Source of the DNA: a virus | Taxonomy: Duplodnaviria > Caudoviricetes | Strand: one strand, 5' to 3' | DNA length: 64,000 nt | Virus record (IMG/VR): IMGVR_UViG_3300033064_003431 | Span: 1,124 to 65,123 of that record | Part shown: in pieces, positions 52,178 through 59,560 of the stretch | How the letters are laid out: each line of letters begins with the position of its first letter | How positions within the stretch are numbered: the stretch's first letter is position 1 | Translations under genes and position numbers: made by a program | The notes under the pieces: model-generated | Database searches by the model: none | Seen by the model: the letters and a program-made list of their open reading frames with translations, nothing else | What the model was told of the DNA's origin: nothing

Positions 52178-53098
52178 TTAAACGGAAACAGGAGTGGATT
52201 CTGTAACAACCTTTTCAACAACCGATTCTGTTGTAACAACTTCTGAAATAACAGTGTTACTAACTGGTGGTGTTTTTGGTAGTTCAACATCCTTGGATTC
52301 TTCCTTCTCTGCTATTGGGTTACCATCATCGTCAGTAAAGGGCTTAAAGTCTGCTACATAGTCTCCATCTTTATCAACAAGATTACCATCTTTATCAACA
52401 TACTCTCCCTTATCATTAATATATCTATTAAACTCGTCAACTAGTCTACCCTCACTATCAACCAGACGATTTTCTTTGTTAATCAGTCGTAGCTTATCGT
52501 CCACAAACTTATACTTAACTAAAAACTTATTCTCTGGGAGCTTTTTCTCATAATCATTATCTAAGCCATAAAGCATATTAGCTAGAATCTGTGCTGCCTT
52601 AATAGCAATAGGCTCAGAGGCTCTAGTCAAATATTCTTCATAGCTCTTAAAATACTTCTCCTTAGTTACTAAATACACCAAAGAAGCAGCTATTAAATAG
52701 TTAAATCTAGCATTATCTGCTTGACCTTCTGCTGTATGGTTATCCAGATTACTTCTCACAGAAATCAGATCCCTCAAGCTTTCTCTGGTCTTTTTCATAT
52801 CTAGAGCTATAGATTTAGCCATTTTAAGATTAATACCACCGCGAGATAAAGACTTTTCATGGTCTAAAAGCTGTTGCTGGAGCGTAGAAAATCTCATCTG
52901 CTTAGAATCATCCCACAACCCCTGCTCCTTTAACAGGTCATCCAATCTCGCTCGTACAATACAGCCAGATTTTACAGCATCAGAAAATGCCTGATTGTAA
53001 ACCTTCTGCGCTTCTCGTTGATCGGCCAATGATGGCGACTTGATCAAAAACTCGTGCTCTACATCCTTAATCTCAATCTTGAAAGTATCAGTATTCAT
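52178..53098 (-). CDS. putative tail assembly chaperone
   Basis: Immediately upstream of the TMP, helical, with C-terminal 7-residue (L/Y)VDxxG repeats. Assigned mainly by synteny. Confidence 0.55.
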   Translation of the reverse strand: MNTDTFKIEIKDVEHEFLIKSPSLADQREAQKVYNQAFSDAVKSGCIVRARLDDLLKEQGLWDDSKQMRFSTLQQQLLDHEKSLSRGGINLKMAKSIALDMKKTRESLRDLISVRSNLDNHTAEGQADNARFNYLIAASLVYLVTKEKYFKSYEEYLTRASEPIAIKAAQILANMLYGLDNDYEKKLPENKFLVKYKFVDDKLRLINKENRLVDSEGRLVDEFNRYINDKGEYVDKDGNLVDKDGDYVADFKPFTDDDGNPIAEKEESKDVELPKTPPVSNTVISEVVTTESVVEKVVTESTPVSV

Positions 53099-53406
53099 AT
53101 CGTCTCCTTAGTTTCTTCTGCTGGTGGTTGAATCAAAAAATTATACCTATTAATATTCATCTCTTCGTCCATATGCGCTATCATATCATCTACACACTCC
53201 CTCATTTGTTTACTTCCGTGATTTAATATGGATGTTCTAACATAGTTCCACATCTCTAGAAATTCCTCTTGTCTTTCTGTTAGTTGTTCATTCCCGTTGT
53301 GTCCCCATAAATATCCAAAAGTATCTTCAAATCTCGCTAAAGAACCTATCATGGTTGTTTGAAAACGAGAGTGTATCTGTTTTAAAATTCTTTTTTTATC
53401 ATTCAT
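53095..53406 (-). CDS. hypothetical protein (tail module)
   Basis: 103-aa ORF with an ATGA overlap to the next gene. Confidence 0.65.
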   Translation of the reverse strand: MNDKKRILKQIHSRFQTTMIGSLARFEDTFGYLWGHNGNEQLTERQEEFLEMWNYVRTSILNHGSKQMRECVDDMIAHMDEEMNINRYNFLIQPPAEETKETI

Positions 53407-53408
53407 GA

Positions 53409-54440
53409 TTATTTCTTTCGTTTAATATCGGCCATATCAGCTCTAAGATTTTCTTGTACATATGGTACGTCGCACCAATCTACAGGATCTTTTGAGTCGG
53501 ATACCAGCTTACCTAATCCTCTTATGTGTCTCTTGGTTCTTTCGTCGTTGAGTCCGATAATCTCTTTAGTCTCTTCTGCGTCGTCTGTTATAACAAAGAC
53601 TTCTCCAGCCTTATCATTACCCCGAACCTTGCTCAGAATGCTAGTTTTTTTCTTTTCCTGCATAACTTTTCTATTCTGATAGATAAACCAGCCATCCAAA
53701 GCATCATCATCTGCTATAATATTATCATCTGGACTCTCAGGATGTTGCCTAACATTCTCATACATTTTAGATAAATTAATTAGATGTCTCAGATCATCAG
53801 TAGTATCAAACCCATGCTGATTTATATCAGAGCTATTACTATAAGATTTCCATAATTCTGACTTAGCCAAATCTCTTAAGTTTTTTGCTACAACATTATG
53901 CTCTAATATTTCTTTAATAAATACTTGTAATTTTTTATACTCATGATTATCCGCATCTGGATTATTAAATACTAGAGTATTTTGTGCATTATATATACTA
54001 TTCATTATAATAAATTCATTCTTAATACCCAAACAATAGTCCTCTATTGTCAGGTGTCTAAAAGTATTTTTTAGTGTGTTTGCTTCTATAATCGCTTTGG
54101 TCACAGCAGAAATCATACCACGAGCTTGTTTAGCTGAGTCTGTATTAAAAAAATTTTGAAATAATAATACTTTACTATTTTCTAGATCTGTGTCTGCCTT
54201 TTTTAAATCCTTCTCTTTGTTCTCATCCCAAATCTTCTCCTTTTTTAGAAGAGCATCCATTTCAGATATGGTTAGTAAGTTTTTATCAAATCTATTATCT
54301 TCTTTTATACTATCATATAGAATTTCAGCTTCATACTTAATATTTATACTTGGGTAGACTATTTTAAATTTTTCGTTATCTATATAAATATAATAATATC
54401 CAAGAATAATCCTATATAGTAGTTTTTCTAGATTGATCAT
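53409..54440 (-). CDS. hypothetical protein, possible second tail assembly chaperone
   Basis: Between the tail tube paralogues and the TMP; helical; MYENVRQHPESPDDNIIADDDALDGW motif. Confidence 0.5.
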   Translation of the reverse strand: MINLEKLLYRIILGYYYIYIDNEKFKIVYPSINIKYEAEILYDSIKEDNRFDKNLLTISEMDALLKKEKIWDENKEKDLKKADTDLENSKVLLFQNFFNTDSAKQARGMISAVTKAIIEANTLKNTFRHLTIEDYCLGIKNEFIIMNSIYNAQNTLVFNNPDADNHEYKKLQVFIKEILEHNVVAKNLRDLAKSELWKSYSNSSDINQHGFDTTDDLRHLINLSKMYENVRQHPESPDDNIIADDDALDGWFIYQNRKVMQEKKKTSILSKVRGNDKAGEVFVITDDAEETKEIIGLNDERTKRHIRGLGKLVSDSKDPVDWCDVPYVQENLRADMADIKRKK

Positions 54441-54449
54441 ATGTTTTTG

Positions 54450-55400
54450 CTAACACTCACACTCACCCTTTTGATGATCATTATCTGTTGCTATCCATAC
54501 TGTCTTAAGGTCTGTCGCATCTTGCAACCCCTCAAAAGAAGCAGATACTGTCATATTTCCACCCGATGCATCTCCTCCAGAATATCCTAATGAAACTAAG
54601 CTCGCATTACCCAAGTTATAAGTGCTGGCTACACCTCCACATGTGACTATCTTAAAGTTTTTTTTGTCGTCTACAAAGTTATTACAAGCAGTAGATATAT
54701 CTTGCAATGTATATCCATCTAAAGAAGATGATGCTAATCCTTCTAGTGATACAGACGATTTAATAGGTAGGGTTATGTATGCAGCATAATTAGCTCTACT
54801 AGCAAATTCTAACACATACTGTCTACTAATCGAGTCTTCGATGGAAATACTTGTTAAAGCGCTAGAAGGAAATCCACCAATATCAGCAGGAATACCAATA
54901 CTATAGTTTCGTCTGTTTGGTACGGTACCCGTTAGTGAAGCTGAGAAATTGTTAGAATTCGTACAATTACTAATTATCCATCCGCCATATTTAAGGGTAG
55001 TAGTAAAAGCTCCGTCTACAGCAAACTTATAAGATATATTATTTAAAAACATATTCTTACACCTAAGTGTCGTAGCTGTGCTCCCCTTAAGAAAAATCAG
55101 ATCATTAGCATCTAATTCTGTCTCATCACCAAGCATAACATCCATACTAATTGGCGTTATCACACCTGCCGCAGTCTTAAAATTTATAAATCCACCATAG
55201 TACTTGGTCACAGTTAGTTCCACACTAGGGGCGCTAGGATAGCTGATCGTAGGAGATTTACTACCAGCAGACATGATGTTATTAATGCTTCTAGAAATAG
55301 ATAGAGCAGCAGAGATTACTCCGCCCATTGGGGTTTCATTACAGGGGGCCACCCCCAAACAAGCATGGAAAATTCTATTGGGTGTCGTTAGTCCGGGCAT
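54450..55400 (-). CDS. tail tube-like protein (paralogue of 55474-56373)
   Basis: Shares NRIF.A, AP.VE.T..K, RRN and YSGGD..GGN.T with the upstream gene. Confidence 0.65.
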   Translation of the reverse strand: MPGLTTPNRIFHACLGVAPCNETPMGGVISAALSISRSINNIMSAGSKSPTISYPSAPSVELTVTKYYGGFINFKTAAGVITPISMDVMLGDETELDANDLIFLKGSTATTLRCKNMFLNNISYKFAVDGAFTTTLKYGGWIISNCTNSNNFSASLTGTVPNRRNYSIGIPADIGGFPSSALTSISIEDSISRQYVLEFASRANYAAYITLPIKSSVSLEGLASSSLDGYTLQDISTACNNFVDDKKNFKIVTCGGVASTYNLGNASLVSLGYSGGDASGGNMTVSASFEGLQDATDLKTVWIATDNDHQKGECEC

Positions 55401-55473
55401 AGATTTGTCCTATAACAAACTTGTCCTATGTTTGTTGTATTATAATAATACTATAAAAATCAGAGAGCTCGAA

Positions 55474-56373
55474 TCAACCAGTAATAGTAAGAGTATTCGC
55501 GGTAGTATAAGAATACGTGATTGTTACGTTACCACCACCAGTATCTCCACCACTATAGTTTACGCTCTGCAATGTATTCTTGTCTCCAAGATCAAACGTA
55601 TAATATACCCCAGTACCACTTGCTGAACACAGTTGAATAACGATAGACTGTTGGGTTGGCACACCAGTCGCTACGCATCCTTCCACAACACTGGCATCTA
55701 TCAGCACACCATCGCTTTCGGTTGCCATCACAGCAATTTCACAAGTAATTTCTAAAGGAAACTGAACAGATCTAAAAAATGGAGTGAACTGACCTAATTT
55801 ATACATAGCTTCTCTGCCAAGATCAGCACTAATGCTAACGCTCTGTAAATTCTTACCCGTGACTTCGCTAGGTAAAGTAGATCCAACGAGCTTAAAGTTA
55901 CGACGGGTTAATACCTTGGCGCCAGAAGCTGCTGGAGCTGCACCAGCTGTCGATGCGGTCTTACTATTTCCCACAAACGAACACTCTTCGGTAAAACCAC
56001 CCTCGACCTGCATGTCATATTTAACGCTCTTCAAAAAACAACCCGTCATGACCACGGTAGGAGCGTTAGTAACCTGTTGATCTGTATCGGTGCCAATAGC
56101 TAATACCAGGGTGGAAACATCTGCGGAGTTTGCTACCAAGCTTCCACCACCAGTCGCCAGATTGTAAATGGTAGCATTACCATCTAAAGCTTTGGCTATA
56201 GTAACTTCTACCTCTGGAGCATTCACTATCTGATCGTATACGCTAATGTGTCCGAGTTGATACATCTTATCTAGGCTAAAATTGGTTGCCAAGCTTACGC
56301 TCGTTGCACCCTGAACAACCGTACCACCGACCGACACAGATTGACTAGCATAAAAAATACGATTATTTGGCAT
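55474..56373 (-). CDS. major tail tube protein (putative)
   Basis: Beta-rich, rich in small residues, strong AGGAG RBS and its own upstream gap. Position between terminator-like gene and chaperones/TMP. Confidence 0.7.
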   Translation of the reverse strand: MPNNRIFYASQSVSVGGTVVQGATSVSLATNFSLDKMYQLGHISVYDQIVNAPEVEVTIAKALDGNATIYNLATGGGSLVANSADVSTLVLAIGTDTDQQVTNAPTVVMTGCFLKSVKYDMQVEGGFTEECSFVGNSKTASTAGAAPAASGAKVLTRRNFKLVGSTLPSEVTGKNLQSVSISADLGREAMYKLGQFTPFFRSVQFPLEITCEIAVMATESDGVLIDASVVEGCVATGVPTQQSIVIQLCSASGTGVYYTFDLGDKNTLQSVNYSGGDTGGGNVTITYSYTTANTLTITG

Positions 56374-56440
56374 AATAAGTCTCCTGATGATTTAAGGCAT
56401 TATTGAAATCTTGAGCGATATGATATATTACACCAAAAAC

Positions 56441-57415
56441 TTATGAGCTCATATATATTATTACTTGATTGGAAACCCTAACTATGCTACCATACATACT
56501 AATATTAGAGAATCCTATATCAGATACACCAACATTTGACATTGTGCAGATTAACCATCTATAGTTTGTGTTATTTGTGATAATATCATAGTTTTGACCA
56601 GTTAGATTTTTAGTACCATCATAATTTAATGGGTAAACACCGCTATTTACAACAGTGGAGGTATTATACAACCAAATATCTCTGTCTTCTTGAATTTTTA
56701 TAATGTCTACAATATTATTTTTATCTATGACCTTATCTGATAACACATGTAATAGAATATCTTGTTCTATGAGTAAAGATTTATCGCCTAATCTATATGG
56801 TTTACTTTCTGATCTTGAGGTTCCTTCTATGATAATAGCCGGTAATTGTACTCGGTATTCGCTACCCATAGAAAAATCTCCCTTATCCGATAATACAAAC
56901 CCTGTTGAGTTTTCTAGAGAGCGATGTTGTATTTCTCTCCAGTATGGGAATTGATCCATTTTATATACTTGTACAGATCTATAGGAGTAATTTGCTTCTA
57001 CCACAGCATTAGGAGCTAGGGCCTTATTAAAAATGATCTTACTTTCTGGATAATTAATCTTATATCCAACAGATGAGTCTCCTGTGGGAGCAGGATAAAA
57101 GGCATTATTTACATAAATACCACTCATATTTATGGGAGAAGTACCACTAAAACTAATACCTGATTCATAAACCCAGTCTTTTCTTGGGGCCTGCCACACC
57201 GTATTACTTGCTCTATTAGGATCTTTGGTGGGTTTTAAAATATGTAGATTAAATCCACTAATATTCTGTGTGGGTCTAGTAACATTAACAAAACCACCTA
57301 TGTTTAAAAATCCCCAATCTAAAAAAGACTTATAGTTGTTATCAAGCTCATTCATGATGAGGGGATCACCTATGTTATTAATTCCAGCAAATGTAGGATT
57401 GTAAGCAGGAGACAT
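56441..57415 (-). CDS. tail terminator/neck-like structural protein
   Basis: Synteny, plus a VQLPAIIIE...EQDILLHVLSD pattern typical of terminator-like proteins. Confidence 0.5.
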   Translation of the reverse strand: MSPAYNPTFAGINNIGDPLIMNELDNNYKSFLDWGFLNIGGFVNVTRPTQNISGFNLHILKPTKDPNRASNTVWQAPRKDWVYESGISFSGTSPINMSGIYVNNAFYPAPTGDSSVGYKINYPESKIIFNKALAPNAVVEANYSYRSVQVYKMDQFPYWREIQHRSLENSTGFVLSDKGDFSMGSEYRVQLPAIIIEGTSRSESKPYRLGDKSLLIEQDILLHVLSDKVIDKNNIVDIIKIQEDRDIWLYNTSTVVNSGVYPLNYDGTKNLTGQNYDIITNNTNYRWLICTMSNVGVSDIGFSNISMYGSIVRVSNQVIIYMSS

Positions 57416-57424
57416 AAGTAATTC

Positions 57425-58075
57425 CTATCTAAAAAAAGAAGCTATCTCGGACTCTATAGCAGTTTGGGATTGATCAATAGCCCTAGTAATCCAATTATTT
57501 GTTATACTACCCGCATATGCTGGGGGTACTCGCCAAGAAAATCCTGAACCACCAATCATCAAACCCATTCCGGTTCTGGAATACGGGCTAGGCCCTAAAG
57601 CAAACCTATATTCCCCCACAATAGCAGTATCCCCCTGAATCAATAACCAGTCTAACCAGTTAAGCTCTGTTCCTTTTTCTGTGACTAACACAGACGCTTC
57701 TAATGAGAGCAAGTCTGAGAAACCACTAGGAATCATTTCTACTACTACCCCACAAGATATTTGACCATTACTGATCCTACTTGGAATAGTCCTAGTATTG
57801 ACCCCCTTTCTGATTGTATCTAGTATATCTGATACTCTGCGTTCTGGATCTGGTAAACCAAACTGGTATTGTAATGTCCCACCAATTAAAGAGAAATATT
57901 CTATTTGATTCGTTATGCTACTAATAACTATTTCTGCTATTTTAGTTTCTAATCCCGACACATGATTTTGGAGATAGGTTTCTACCTGTGGCAATAGAGC
58001 AGCAAGAGCCCTAGAAAGTATTGTTTGATTAGTTTCTAAAACCTTCAATGTAATGCGTGTCATATCTTTTTCCAC
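57425..58075 (-). CDS. neck/tail completion-like protein
   Basis: Synteny; WLDWLL, WRVPP and NNWITRAID motifs. Confidence 0.45.
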   Translation of the reverse strand: MEKDMTRITLKVLETNQTILSRALAALLPQVETYLQNHVSGLETKIAEIVISSITNQIEYFSLIGGTLQYQFGLPDPERRVSDILDTIRKGVNTRTIPSRISNGQISCGVVVEMIPSGFSDLLSLEASVLVTEKGTELNWLDWLLIQGDTAIVGEYRFALGPSPYSRTGMGLMIGGSGFSWRVPPAYAGSITNNWITRAIDQSQTAIESEIASFFR

Positions 58076-58569
58076 ATGGTAAAAATATAAGAACTCTCTC
58101 CGAAACCAGCGGGTTGTGGTTCAGAATTTCTAGTGTAATAACTCTCTGTGTAGTTTTGTATGGTGGTATCTATAATAATTTGATTACAAGAATTAATTTT
58201 TGTATAATCTGAGAAGGGGCTTATACTTTGTACCTGTCCTTCTGGGCTGTGTATTTTACTATTAAAATTAGTCCAATATTTATAATCAAAGACTACTAAC
58301 ATATTTAATAGATCGTATGATTCTCCGTATGTACCACCCAAACCTCTACAGTTGGGACAGATTTGACCCGCAGCAAAAACGAAAGCTCCTCCCGCTTTAT
58401 ACCTATTGCTAGATGAACCAGAAATAGGATCAATATAACAGTTGGAACACTCTGTAAATAATGAGCCACTATACAAAACCTTACAGGGTAGAGATAAGGA
58501 GTTAACCCTTAAGAGTTCGTCTATAAAAGACTTATAAGTATTTTTTAAATCACTATTAATAATAGTCAT
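58060..58569 (-). CDS. head closure/adaptor-like protein with Zn-binding insert
   Basis: CSNC...CPNCRGLG, with a C-terminal beta-barrel-like segment; synteny. Confidence 0.5.
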   Translation of the reverse strand: MTIINSDLKNTYKSFIDELLRVNSLSLPCKVLYSGSLFTECSNCYIDPISGSSSNRYKAGGAFVFAAGQICPNCRGLGGTYGESYDLLNMLVVFDYKYWTNFNSKIHSPEGQVQSISPFSDYTKINSCNQIIIDTTIQNYTESYYTRNSEPQPAGFGESSYIFTMWKKI

Positions 58570-58967
58570 CGTGTCACTTCTGGTATAAATATCATAGTAC
58601 CAGTAATAATTCTAGACGATTCTGCCAAAGTATTGAGTAGTTCTATATCATAAACCACAGAAGTTTGAGATACTCGTCTAGTGAATTTTTCTGGCAATAT
58701 CATTGTGACTGTACTATTTCCTAAATTTAATAATAGATTAGCAGAAGACATGTCCAACAAAACAGTAGAGGAAGCAACAGATGGTCTAATCTGCCCCCTT
58801 AAACTATTGCCGGTTAAGTCTACAGTTAATCCATTCTTTAAAAGTTTAAAGACAATTTTATAAAAACTCCCCTTGTTTAGGGTAAGATTTTGTGTTGATG
58901 TGGCGAAACAAGAATCTCCCACATCTACATTGGTTATACTAGTTAGAGATACGCAATAAGAGGCCAT
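58566..58967 (-). CDS. small virion structural protein (BppU-N-like beta-sandwich)
   Basis: LTLNKGS...VDLTG...RGQIR...VYDIEL...RIITG...PEVTR pattern common in phage tail accessory proteins. Confidence 0.6.
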   Translation of the reverse strand: MASYCVSLTSITNVDVGDSCFATSTQNLTLNKGSFYKIVFKLLKNGLTVDLTGNSLRGQIRPSVASSTVLLDMSSANLLLNLGNSTVTMILPEKFTRRVSQTSVVYDIELLNTLAESSRIITGTMIFIPEVTR

Positions 58968-58985
58968 GATTATACCCCATTTAAA

Positions 58986-59171
58986 TTAGTTTGAATAGTA
59001 TGTGGGATCATCAAATCTTGCGTCATATTTTGAGGCTATTGTGCCACTAGCTGGCGTATTAACAACATATAAGTCTGATTTAGAGTATTGTCCAGTAACA
59101 GAAGCCATAGTCAAAAGAGTTCCATTTTTAATGCTCTGTCCAGTTTTTGCAATACTTATATCTACTGCCAT
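58986..59171 (-). CDS. small hypothetical protein (61 aa)
   Basis: Strong AAGGAG RBS; fills a gap in the operon. Confidence 0.7.
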   Translation of the reverse strand: MAVDISIAKTGQSIKNGTLLTMASVTGQYSKSDLYVVNTPASGTIASKYDARFDDPTYYSN

Positions 59172-59255
59172 ATTTTTCTCCTTAATGAGAATTGAAAAGA
59201 TTTGATATTCTTATATACACCAATTATAATGATCCTTTAATTCTAATATTGTGGC

Positions 59256-59528
59256 TTAATTTTCTATATTATCAGGCGGGGGAAGCTCTGGGGTTGGTGG
59301 AACCTCTGGGGTTGGTGGAATTTCTGGGATTGGTGGAACCTCTGGTCTTGGTGGAATCACCACTGGTCTAGCTCTCTCGGCCAACTCCAATTCTATCGAG
59401 ACATTCACCTCTTCTTGGGTTGGAAAATGGACAAAACTTAAAAAAACAGTTTCTGTATCACTAATAATAACCCTAGTACGATACTTATTACCCATATCTA
59501 AAAAACTTTCAGTAATAATATAATTCAT
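59256..59528 (-). CDS. hypothetical protein with Pro-rich repeat tail
   Basis: AAGGAG RBS; PPxPE(V/I/L) repeats. Confidence 0.7.
   Translation of the reverse strand: MNYIITESFLDMGNKYRTRVIISDTETVFLSFVHFPTQEEVNVSIELELAERARPVVIPPRPEVPPIPEIPPTPEVPPTPELPPPDNIEN
59286..59357. repeat. 18-bp in-frame tandem repeat x4
   Basis: CTCTGGGGTTGGTGGAAC-like unit repeated four times. Confidence 0.85.
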
Positions 59529-59560
59529 AGATTTCTCCTTTTTTTATGCTACATCGAAGT

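Noticed and set aside
52105-52290. 61-aa minus-strand ORF as a frameshift extension of the tail chaperone
   Set aside because: No convincing slippery heptamer was seen, the sequence looks non-coding, and it runs through the terminator-like hairpin.
55401-55445. Weak hairpin and short direct repeat (ATAGGACAA x2 on the - strand) between the tail tube paralogues
   Set aside because: The stem is AT-rich with a mismatch and has no clear U-tract, too weak to call as a terminator or regulatory element.
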